43,767 nt of DNA, from contig MU626422.1 of assembly GCA_025603075.1 (NCBI GenBank), positions 1-43,767 on the forward strand, written 5' to 3'. The notes under the pieces are model-generated. The model was given only the letters and a program-made list of their open reading frames with translations, did no database searches and was not told where the DNA came from. Of the stretch, positions 1-10,007 are shown in pieces. A program made the translations under genes and the position numbers. The DNA comes from Neoconidiobolus thromboides FSU 785. Lineage: Eukaryota > Fungi > Entomophthoromycota. The first letter of the stretch is position 1. Each line of letters begins with the position of its first letter.

Positions 1-327
1 AGCTATTTATTAACTTATGAATATATTAATAATATAATTATAACATTAAAATAATTTATTTATTTGATAACAAACCTGCGATGCTGATTATAAAGCAGTT
101 TATAATAAATATTTCTCAATAAAGTTTTATAAGAATATGTATTTAAGATCTAGTAGAAATTCAACTAGCTTACATTATAAACTATAATAGAATGATTTAG
201 AGCTGTGTCTGGGTACTTTTGTTTTAATAAAAAATTTGATTTTATAGAATTTTAAGCGGAGTTTTTAAAATACAATTTTTTTTAAAAATTGTATAAAACA
301 ATGAAACTAATTCAGACAACCCCATAT
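1..327 (+). mobile_element. Right end of a Sola-like DNA transposon copy (continues beyond the left window edge)
   Basis: About 85% identical by eye to 26021-26448 once the MITE at 26048-26145 is removed. Homology stops exactly at ...GACAACCCC followed by ATAT (324-327). The last ~45 bp resemble the MITE right end. Confidence 0.7.
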
Positions 328-427
328 ACTGATGTCTTATAAATAAAGCAAAAATCTTCAGTATGGCTATACATTTTTATTTTTTAAAAAGGATAAAAAA
401 CAAGAATTGAATTTAACAAAAAATAAT

Positions 428-1078
428 TTATTGGTTTAAATATGAAAACAAGTTTCTAGCAAGATCAATGTAATAGTAGTTAGTAAATGAAGCCTGTTTT
501 TTTAGACATAATTGATGGACGTTTAGTGTAACATTCCTTAACCTATCTACATATTCCGGGATCATATGCTGTAAATTTAATTCCGGGACAAGAGACAAAG
601 TCAGCAAGCATATGATTAACAAATTTAATTTATAAAAAGGAATGACTGAATTTTTCTTCAAAAACATCATATCATGTATACACACTTTCTTCATTATATC
701 GATATTTCTAATCAGATAAAAGTTATCTATCAAAACATAATCCAATTGTTTCATGTTTAATTCGAGTTTATACTCTAAATTAAACTGTGCTTTATCATCA
801 ATGAAGTATTCGAATAACTCTTTGGAGCGCGTCAGGGTTTTTGGCTTACTTGTTTGTTGTGTATTATGCTTTATATCACTCACTACATTGTCACAGCATG
901 AGAGGTTATTATATAAAATAGGGACACTATTCATACTAAAGCTACTGCTTATAGAAATAGGATTCAAGTGGATGTTGTTTTTTAGATTTAATAAATTACA
1001 GTAGTTATATGTTTCGGGATTCCAAGGACTTGAACAGACATTTAAATTCATGTAACTATTGCAAATTTCTTTAGTCAT
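428..1078 (-). CDS. Hypothetical protein, 216 aa; C-terminal half weakly resembles the start of a fungal TF middle homology region
   Basis: ATG-initiated 216-aa ORF in very AT-rich DNA, with a CCAAT box ~70 bp upstream. The segment LIDNFY...IH..MF...LNLLIICLLTLSL recalls the LIDxYF..H...F...LLxAI pattern of PF04082-type regions. Confidence 0.6.
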   Translation of the reverse strand: MTKEICNSYMNLNVCSSPWNPETYNYCNLLNLKNNIHLNPISISSSFSMNSVPILYNNLSCCDNVVSDIKHNTQQTSKPKTLTRSKELFEYFIDDKAQFNLEYKLELNMKQLDYVLIDNFYLIRNIDIMKKVCIHDMMFLKKNSVIPFYKLNLLIICLLTLSLVPELNLQHMIPEYVDRLRNVTLNVHQLCLKKQASFTNYYYIDLARNLFSYLNQ

Positions 1079-1149
1079 CTTCTAAGTTTATTTTTAAATA
1101 AAACAATGCCATAACCCTTTGCTTTATATACTTTTTAAAATTTCAAAGA

Positions 1150-1159
1150 ACCCAATCAG
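1150..1159 (+). promoter_or_regulatory. Candidate CCAAT box
   Basis: ACCCAATCAG, 72 bp upstream of the 428-1078 start codon; fits the NF-Y/HAP core CCAATCA. Confidence 0.35.
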
Positions 1160-1694
1160 CTTCAAGGTACTTTATTGCTATTGTTGGTATATTTTGAGTT
1201 GAACATTTGAACTAAATGAAATTTATTCTAAAGTTGTTACTTGTACTTTTAAAGAAAAAAAAATAGCTTCTTTTTCTTAATAAGTTAGCTTGGCTTTATT
1301 GTGAAAATACACTTAAAAGAACAGTTCTTTTTATTAAATAATTATAAGTTCCTAAATTAGCAATCAATCAACCTTCTAAAAATATTCAATAGTTCTATTT
1401 TTTATTCCTAGAAATCTTGGCTATATTATTAGTAATTTGTAAAAAAATGAAGCAAATTTTTTAATAAGCCGAATCCTTGTTAAAATATGGTCGTTTTATT
1501 ATTTTAGAAAAAAATATAGTTTGAAAAATCAATAAATGATTTAACATAGTATGACTTTTATGAGGGTTATCTAATGCGAGTTATTGTCTTTAATTATGAG
1601 GTTTACTTTAAGAAATTTCTATAAAGTCAGGAAAAATTTAATAAAACAAATTAATTGCTTCTATCATTAAATTTAGTTGAAATGAAAGATATTT

Positions 1695-1790
1695 TGGGAT
1701 TTTTTTGGCTTTATCACTTTTTCTATCTTTTAAGTGCTATTTGAGTGGAAAATTCGTTAGTAAAATTCTTAAACACAAAAATACATCCCC
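1695..1790 (-). mobile_element. MITE copy 1
   Basis: Matches the family consensus in reverse; ends ...AAAAATACATCCCC. 4-bp TSD ATTT at 1691-1694 and 1791-1794. Confidence 0.9.
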
Positions 1791-3990
1791 ATTTGATTCT
1801 TTAAAACTTACAAAAATACAAATAAGACCTGAAATAACTATGTTATTTAATCTAACAATATAAATTTCAATAGTATGATGTTAATATACTAATTAAATGT
1901 CTATTTGATCTGAGCTTAAATACATGTTTAAGTAAATTCATAGAATGATAAAGTTAATAAGTGGATAAAATCGTAATTTTAATTAAATAAGTGAGTTTTT
2001 ATAATAAAGGAGATCAAAACGTGACATTCAATAAGGTTGAAAAACCATTTTTTGGTTATTGTTTAATGAGGTTCAACTTCAATCCTTTATCCTTTAGGTT
2101 TCAGTGACAGTGAGGATTTAATTAAAGCCGATATTATCTAGAAATCATTATCATGAAACAAATCAATATTTAATGTCTCATGACTACTTCAGTATACTAT
2201 TGTTCTGACTTTAGAAATGCTCATTATATTACAGACTTTTAGTAAACTTCTCATCAATATTTGTTTTAGTTAATAATATGGTCCAAATCTAGATTAATGA
2301 ATAATAAATATAAACGCTGAACATATGTATTTTATGTGAGCAATGTAATAATTAAATTCGAATAAGTTATTATGTTTTTAGTACAGATTTTTCGACTACT
2401 ACTTTAATAATTTAGATTGTATAGTTTGACATTATATCTTTTACTAAGCAAACTTAAAACTTAAATCAAAAGGAATTCCTTTATCATACCGGTGTTATTT
2501 TTCAAGTTAAACAAAGTTAATTGAATACTTATCCTTATATAAACAAGTATGAATACACAGCTATACATGGCACTTTCTACGTTTTTATATAATATTGTCT
2601 TTATATTTATTAGATTTAATTTATAGAATACATGTCCAAATACAATAATTTTAGAAACCATATTTTAAACAAGTTTAAACGTATTAATATGGGAGTCGAT
2701 TAAAATGAACTTACACCAGTGGTTATATATATCCGCATTTTTTGTTGATTATTCTTCGTTGGTTCTCAATTTAAATGAAATAAGATGGACTTTAATGTGA
2801 ACCATACTAATAAAAACCATTTCTAAAAACTCATAAAGAGTAACTTTTATTTTGAATTAAACTGGAAACTAACAATAAATGGTTAAAAACCTCAGATATA
2901 TACAATCACGATGGTATAGCTTTCAAGTATCGTTATAAGAACATGTGATTAGGTTTTTCTATCAATTATTAGTATTAATCAATGACTAACAGCTGTGTTT
3001 ATATAACATTATAATAATATAGTAATAGTATAAACAACTATATAAGCTTGAAACGACTAGAAAATAGCCAGCTATGGATATATCATTATAGTTTATCAAA
3101 GTAAGGCTATTTCTGCAAAATTCATATTTAAAATTCCAAACTATTAATTAAAAACCTAAATAGGATTTTAGATTACTACTAATATCGGTTAAAAGCATTT
3201 CTAATGAAGTATTGTTTTACTTTTATAGGTTTTTATTATCTATTCTTACAAATTAATTAGGAGTGTTTATATAGAACTTCAAAATTAGGATTAATTGCTC
3301 CATTTGAATAATATATTAAACACATATAGAACAAAAAGGACTTTATGAATATATCAATCTTTGTTCCATTTTTAATCCATGCGCTATCTACTATAAAAGT
3401 ACATCGCTTAATCTAGGTAAAGTCCATTATTTAGCTTATTTTAATTTTTTCATATACTAATTAAAGCTTATTTACAAAAAGTCATTCGATTGTTGAAAAG
3501 AATAAATATAAAGTTTTTTAGAGCTTAAAATACAATATTATAATTTATATCTAACTTAGTCACTATCTTATATGGAAAGATGTTTATAACTAAGAATTTA
3601 TATCCATGAAATTTTAGACATTCAGTTTTAAATATAATATTGTATAGCAAAAAAAATTAATAGTTGTTAATTCAATTCATGTGATTTTAAATATAAATTT
3701 TAAACCAATTTGATTATGAAAAAACAAATCTCAAATAACTATATTTAGTAAATCATTGAATTTATTTTCTTTTTTATTCACTCATTTAGAATTTTGATAA
3801 CAAAGAGAATCTATATGTGGTTGATTAATAAATAAAGTTTAAAATTTACCTAGAAAGTTGCAAAAGTATTCAATATTAAACTATTTAAACAATATTTGAT
3901 TTAAAGTTAACATATTTTCAAATTACTTAACTTTGAAAATATATTAATGTAAATAATTCTATTTTATTTTTAATTATTTTCAAAACATAT

Positions 3991-4084
3991 GAGAATGTAT
4001 TTTTGTTCAAGAATTTTACTAACAAATTTTCCGCCCAAATAGCGGCTTAAAAGATAGAAAGAGATGAAATCAAAAAATATCCCT
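3991..4084 (+). mobile_element. MITE copy 2 (degenerate ends)
   Basis: GAGAATGTATTTTTG...AAGAATTTTACTAAC...TATCCCT; TSD ATAT on both sides. Confidence 0.85.
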
Positions 4085-4813
4085 ATATGCTTGTTCAATT
4101 TTTTAAGCTAAGTTTTAAAAATTATTCGTTTGTGATGTTTTCGATGAAGTTAAAATTTACAATTGAATATACTCTAATCCAATCAAAGCAAGTGCTCTTA
4201 AATTAAAATCCTTTCATTGGATTAGCTAATTAATATTGCAACTTTCTGTATCTTGCCCAAAGCTTCTATTTTATTCATAAACTTCATTTTATCAGTAATC
4301 TCCACTTTATTTTTTTCTTACTTTCACTAATAAAAGACTTATATGCCTCTGATGCTTCCAAGGTTTAAAAATTCACGATTTAAAGTATTTTAAAATATTT
4401 TAATTGTTTTTAGTCAACTATAATAATAATATAATAAATTAGAAATTAATATAAACTAATATTAATCTCTTTGAAATTATTTAATAGTAATTAGAATTTA
4501 AAGTATAGAATATTGTATTAGTTTTATATTCTAAAATAGTCATACTCACGAAGTTTGGCTGAAATTACTTTAAGCAAAACTCAGCAAAGATTATAAATTG
4601 CTATAAGCGAAATACAAAACTATTAAATTTAAGAAAATTAGAACAAGTATTTTTTAATATCAATTTAAGTCTTTTAAAGTAAATATTTTCTGAAAGGAAT
4701 ATTCGTATAAACATATCATTACAACTTTTATTAAAATAGCCATGTAATTTTTCTATTTATTTTTATTAGTTTATATTTCTGAAAACTTTATCGTAATTTC
4801 AAATAAAATATAC

Positions 4814-4909
4814 GGGAATGTATTTTTGTGCCTAAGAATTTTACTAACAGCTTCACTTAAATAGCGCTTAAAAAATGGAAAAAATAATGAAGTCAAAAAA
4901 AACACTCCA
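4814..4909 (+). mobile_element. MITE copy 3
   Basis: GGGAATGTATTTTTGTG...CACTCCA; TSD ATAC on both sides (4810-4813, 4910-4913). Confidence 0.9.
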
Positions 4910-5191
4910 ATACAGTAGTTAGGCAAAATAATACATAAGCAGATGTTGATGATTTTTGGTCACAGAGCTTTAGGTTAGATCTTTGGTCCAGTTAATACAA
5001 GTTAATACAAGTTAACTTCATTTATTATAGATTGATAGAATGTATAAAACGTTAACATAAAATTATAATACATTAGTTACTAATACTGAAATGGTAAAAT
5101 AGACAGCTTTGTCTTTTTTGAATTAATCACATCAAGTTATTAGTCTGTAATTAAAAAGTAAAACAAATAGTTTTAGTGATATTTAGGATAT

Positions 5192-5288
5192 GGGGACGTA
5201 CTTTTGTATTTAAGAATTTTACTAACAATTTTTCTACTAAAATAGCGCTTAAAAATGGAAAAAATAATCAAGTCAAAAAAACACCCCC
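5192..5288 (+). mobile_element. MITE copy 4
   Basis: GGGGACGTAC...CACCCCC; TSD ATAT on both sides. Confidence 0.9.
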
Positions 5289-6419
5289 ATATACTATTTC
5301 ATCTAAAAATAAATAAGGTTATTGTGATTTAATCTCATTAAATTTATTTATCTATTTATCTCATTATCTATGACTATTATTAACTTCAATTGTATTTAAC
5401 TTTATTTATAAGCTAATCGATTTTTATATATTCCATAGTTATTTATAATGTTTAATTTAAGCTTAAATTTTATTATGATTATTTCATCTAATTACGCTTG
5501 ATTATAACTTATTCGAATCACAATGTAGTCGTAATATTTATTTTTACAGTTATAAAAGGTGGCAACTTTTTAAAAACAAATATATTATTTAGTCCCGTTT
5601 AGTTTAAAGTTTCCATTAAAGCTTTAAACACCCTGGAAAACGGGTGTTATATTATAATAGTTTTAGTATGCCATAGTTTAATATTTAATATTTTTATCAC
5701 AATAATTAGTGTCTTTCATTTTATTAATATTAACATTATTATTGTGTAATAGGAAATGACATAAATATAAAGAAACTAAGAATAAATTTCATTATACTTG
5801 AATAATTTATTATATTCAATGATTTATTAGTAATAAAAAATGGTTAAACTTTTCACTTAAAGGAACTTTAATAAATATGACTTTACAACAGTTTTTTTAT
5901 TATTAGAATATGTTATGGAGATATTTCAATGATTTTTTGATTTTTTAATACAATATATTGATTTACTTTTATCTTTAAATTTGTTAGATTTATTAACTCT
6001 TTAAGGTTAATTAATTTATTTTGTATCATGATTGTTAAAATTTAGATCGATGCCTTTCTATTTAAAGTTAAATTTTTACTCAGATAATTAATAAATTGGT
6101 TTGGGTATTGTTTTATGAATTTGAGAACAAATGAAATAATTAATTTATCAATTCATTAATCTGATTTGCTGAAATTATTTATATTTCAAGGATTTTCATT
6201 ATCATTGGTTTGAATAAAATCCACAGTGTTTAAAATAGCTAAGTACCATAGATTTTAAACTGTATTTTAACAGAAACATTACTTAATATGGCCATATATT
6301 TTAAAAATTAAACATCTGTTCAATGATAATTAAATCATCTGATGTTACCAAGATAAAGGAATAAAGCGAAAAAGAGTATATAAATGTAACAAAATGAAAC
6401 TTAACATTTAATTTTTAAA

Positions 6420-7427
6420 ATGGTTTATTTGAAGAATTATATAAATAACGTTGCTGACATTATAATATCTACCACACCAAAATTAACAAAATCTACGTTA
6501 GTAGAAGAAGAATTGTTAAATTTAGAGCCAAAGTATACTGCTACTTACTTGCCAACCTTAACTACACCAACAATAAATGAAGCAATCAAACTCAATTTAT
6601 TGAAATGGTTAAATCATCGTATAAAGACAAACTCATATCGTAATTACAATAAATTAAATTTAAAGATTGGCTTAGGTTATGGCGACCCTTCTTATTTATT
6701 AGAAAGTAAAACAGACCCCTCTTTCTTATTAATTGGTAAACCAACTAAATATAACGTCAAAGAAATATATAACAATGATTTAATGATGAATTTATTATTA
6801 AATGAACTTTATATTATAACAATTATAGAGCATGAAAATGTATTACCATTAATAGATTTAATAGTATTAAACAATCAAATTATATTTTTATATGAATATT
6901 GTAATAAAGATTTATTAAAGTTAACAAGATATGACTCAAAATTAATTCAAAGGGAGTCTATCAATTTTATTAAACAATTATTACAAGGTTTAAATTATCT
7001 ACATCAAAGAAATATTGTACATCGTGATTTAAAGTTGGAAAATATTTATTTCATAAAGAATAAATTGAAAATCACTTCTTTTACTTCCTCATCTATTACC
7101 CCTACTGAATCTACAAGTGAATTAATAGGTTCTTTATCTTATCTAGCACCTGAAGTATTGGAGCACCAAGAAGGTTATTGTCAATTCAAAGCGGATGTAT
7201 GGTCATTAGGGATTATACTCTTTATCCTAATTAAAGGACATTTCCCATGGACATTGGCTAAAGCGAAAGACCCCTTTTTCAAGAGGTATCATGGTATCAA
7301 TTTCTTTTTAAAACAAGGAATTGACCCATACCTTGCTGATTTACTTTCTAAAATGTTGGACAGAAACCCAAGAACTAGGCTAGATACCTTTGCTTTGTTA
7401 CAGGCACTTGATTTGCATTCATTTTAG
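6420..7427 (+). CDS. Ser/Thr protein kinase-fold protein (NPR/HAL/RAN1-like C-lobe), probable pseudokinase
   Basis: IGLGYG Gly loop, HRDLKLEN catalytic loop, GSLSYLAPE, ADVWSLG and FPWxxAxxxDxxF are present. The DFG position reads ITSFT. Confidence 0.9.
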   Translation: MVYLKNYINNVADIIISTTPKLTKSTLVEEELLNLEPKYTATYLPTLTTPTINEAIKLNLLKWLNHRIKTNSYRNYNKLNLKIGLGYGDPSYLLESKTDPSFLLIGKPTKYNVKEIYNNDLMMNLLLNELYIITIIEHENVLPLIDLIVLNNQIIFLYEYCNKDLLKLTRYDSKLIQRESINFIKQLLQGLNYLHQRNIVHRDLKLENIYFIKNKLKITSFTSSSITPTESTSELIGSLSYLAPEVLEHQEGYCQFKADVWSLGIILFILIKGHFPWTLAKAKDPFFKRYHGINFFLKQGIDPYLADLLSKMLDRNPRTRLDTFALLQALDLHSF

Positions 7428-7541
7428 TTATTTTTTGTATCATTTTTTTAAATAATAAAAGTTCAATTGTATGTATCATAATTTAAGTCTTTTAAACTGA
7501 ATTTCAATTAATGTTTAGGCTAAACTATGAAAATATCACAC

Positions 7542-7942
7542 AGTATTTTTAATACATGGGGATGTATTTTTTCATTAAGAATTTTACCAGCAATCTTTCC
7601 ACTCAAATAGTGCTTAAAAAATAGAGAAAGTAATGAAACCAAAAAAAACATTCCCACATGTTTATTTCAAGTATTTAAACAAGTTATAATAATAAAAATC
7701 AATAATAATCTGAACTGAAAGTAAACAAGATATAAAAATTCAATAATAGTAGAAAGTGTAAATAAATAAAATATAGAAATTCATAATAGAAATTGGTATA
7801 GTTTTGATAGCAATTACTTCAATTTATACTATTATTGAATTTTTATATCTTGTTTACTTTCAGTTCAGATTATTATTGATTTTTATTATTATAATTTATT
7901 CAAATATTTATCTTGAAATAAACATGATGTATTAAAAATACT
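7542..7942. repeat. Fold-back inverted repeat (candidate non-autonomous element) with MITE copy 5 nested in the left arm
   Basis: Perfect 68-bp inverted arms at 7684-7751 and 7827-7894 around a 75-bp spacer. Outer arms CATGTTTATTTCAAG/CTTGAAATAAACATG and AGTATTTTTAATACAT/ATGTATTAAAAATACT extend the symmetry. Confidence 0.85.
7558..7655 (+). mobile_element. MITE copy 5
   Basis: GGGGATGTATTTT...CATTCCC; TSD ACAT on both sides (7554-7557, 7656-7659). Confidence 0.9.
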
Positions 7943-8462
7943 ATATTATTTCTCCGTGTTTTAAATTATTTAATTATATTAAAAATTGTACATTTATCCT
8001 TAGATTAATTTTAAACAAATTTATCAAAAAACAGGCATACTATAATACTATTGTCATCTAAAAAATACTGAAAGATAAAGCCAAGGAATATATTATGTTA
8101 TATTAATGACAAGAATTTTAAGATTTTGAAGTACTGTTTAACAGATTAATATAGTTTAAAGTAAAGAAATATTTTATTAAAGATGACGCAATATTATTTT
8201 TAGAACTAACTCATTTATCCTAAAAGTTTACTATATTTGTAACTATTATTGGTTAGAAAAAGCAGATTTAATTTCATTTTGAGCAAAATTTTGTAACACA
8301 AAGAACAAGTATTAGCCTTTAAAATGCCATTTTAAGAAATAATTATATAATATTTATTCTTATTGAAGGTTCCCGAAATTAATTTAATTGGAGCAAAACT
8401 CAAAAAAATATTCATATTAAGAACTATTCAATTTATTTTATACCTTTACACCTTTGTTAAAA

Positions 8463-9140
8463 ATGAGAGTCATTCAGAAGCTGTTACTGTTAATTGTTAG
8501 TATAATATTGGGTACCTACCTGATCAAAACATATCTCAAAGAAGGTTATGTAATCAACCATTTGATAAAGGATGAAAAGAAAAGTGAATTTATTACTGAA
8601 AGTGTTCTAGTTTTAGTAATGAGTGACCAAAGCAAGTATCGCTCAAAAACATTAGTGAAAACATTTACAGAAGCAGGAATAGAAGTCCAATCTTTAAAGG
8701 GAGTCACCCTAGAGAAACCAGATAATGAGTTTTTCGAATTAACTCCGAAAGAAATTAAAATCCATCAACTATTATTTAACTTGTTAGGTTTATGTAAAAA
8801 GAAGTTTTGTGTTATTGTAGAAGATGATTTTAAACCACTCATTGTTGGTAATAATTTAGTTAATAAATTATTCAGCGAATTGATTACATTTAATTCCAAT
8901 GATCAATATCTGTTTGATTGCACTAAATGGGGTTTCTTTCAAAAAGAATATCCTATTTCTGGCAACTCTTTAGCTTGTCGTATCGCTCACTACCAACTAC
9001 TTAGGAAGGTTAAGAAATGCTATAAAGATAAAAAACAAATTAATGTACCTGCAGATGTGTTTTATAGAGATTGCTTAGATAAGGAATTACTAGAAAGAAG
9101 GTTTTTATTAGGAAATACAGTTGATGGTTCTAACTATTAA
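8463..9140 (+). CDS. Type II membrane glycosyltransferase, GT25-like
   Basis: N-terminal TM anchor (LLLLIVSIILGTYLI). LTPKEI resembles the GT25 LTxGEI motif and CVIVEDDF resembles xxILEDD. First ATG is 8463 (the ORF track starts at TTG 8454). Confidence 0.6.
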   Translation: MRVIQKLLLLIVSIILGTYLIKTYLKEGYVINHLIKDEKKSEFITESVLVLVMSDQSKYRSKTLVKTFTEAGIEVQSLKGVTLEKPDNEFFELTPKEIKIHQLLFNLLGLCKKKFCVIVEDDFKPLIVGNNLVNKLFSELITFNSNDQYLFDCTKWGFFQKEYPISGNSLACRIAHYQLLRKVKKCYKDKKQINVPADVFYRDCLDKELLERRFLLGNTVDGSNY

Positions 9141-9454
9141 TAAAAGATCGAACATAGATTACTGTCTGGTTTTTGAGTAAAAATTACACTGCATGGATAA
9201 TTTTTATCGAATACTACCATGTTAATACCTTATAGTTTAGAAATAAAATTCGACGATTTTGACATTCCATTTTCACTATTAAAGTTTTATTTAATTAATA
9301 AATGAATTTCTAAAAACATAGTAAATAAATACAGTGTTTTATTAAAATATATGTGGTTTTGAATAATAGTTAGTTCCTGTTTCTCTTTATTAAATATATT
9401 GATGGGCAAAATCAGCTGAATAAATTACTATTTTCACACTTTATAATAATTAAT

Positions 9455-9552
9455 GGGGATGTATTTTTGTGTTTAAGAATTTTACTAATAAATTTTCCGC
9501 TTAAATAGCGCTTAAAAATGGAAAAAATAATGAAGTCAAAAAAAACACTCCC
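9455..9552 (+). mobile_element. MITE copy 6
   Basis: Near-consensus internal sequence. Flanks TAAT/AATG do not form a perfect 4-bp TSD. Confidence 0.9.
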
Positions 9553-9722
9553 AATGTTGTACAAAGCTTTTAATCTTTATAGTATGATAAACTTTGGATT
9601 TTGAACTATTAGTAAGGTATCTAGAAATCAAAGTGAATACTGATAAAATATTAAAGGTTTAAGCTGCTAATTATAATAATCTTGTAGTCTGTGCAATGCT
9701 ACAATTTTGCATTTAAGAATAA

Positions 9723-9813
9723 GGGGATGTTTTTTTGGTTTCATTATTTTTTCTATTTTTTAAGTGCTATTTGGGCGGAAAAATTGTAAATTCTTACAAA
9801 AAAATACATCCCC
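9723..9813 (-). mobile_element. MITE copy 7
   Basis: GGGGATGTTTTTT...AAAATACATCCCC; TSD ATAA on both sides; ~195 bp upstream of paralog A. Confidence 0.9.
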
Positions 9814-10007
9814 ATAATTTAAATTTCCAACTAGTGATTTTTACTTAAAAGCAGAACTGCTTTTTGTTTTAAGAATATGTCTTAGTTTAAAAATAGGCTT
9901 CAATAAAGATTTATAGCTAAGCTTAATATTACAAGTAATATTCTTAATATATAATTTACAAATTATCAATATATATATTTCAGTTTAATAACTAGAGTTT
10001 AAAATTT

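Noticed and set aside
753-1004. 83-aa plus-strand ORF
   Set aside because: Antisense shadow of the 428-1078 ORF with no recognisable motif.
2461-2760. Possible decayed multi-exon gene (plus strand LNTYPYINKYEYTAIHGTFY...) and the 66-aa minus-strand ORF
   Set aside because: Many stops and no family motif I can support; the minus ORF looks like AT-bias noise.
4090-4370. Minus-strand fragment EAYKSFISE...KFMNKIEALGKIQK, loosely like a winged-helix primase tail
   Set aside because: Too short and frameshifted, with no supporting helicase motifs nearby.
5011-5036. 10-bp tandem repeat GTTAATACAA x2.5
   Set aside because: Simple slippage duplication with no further structure.
9685-9722. CSLC (CX2C) upstream of paralog A as a possible Zn-cluster exon
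   Set aside because: No third Cys at +6 and the frame closes soon after; does not fit Zn2Cys6.
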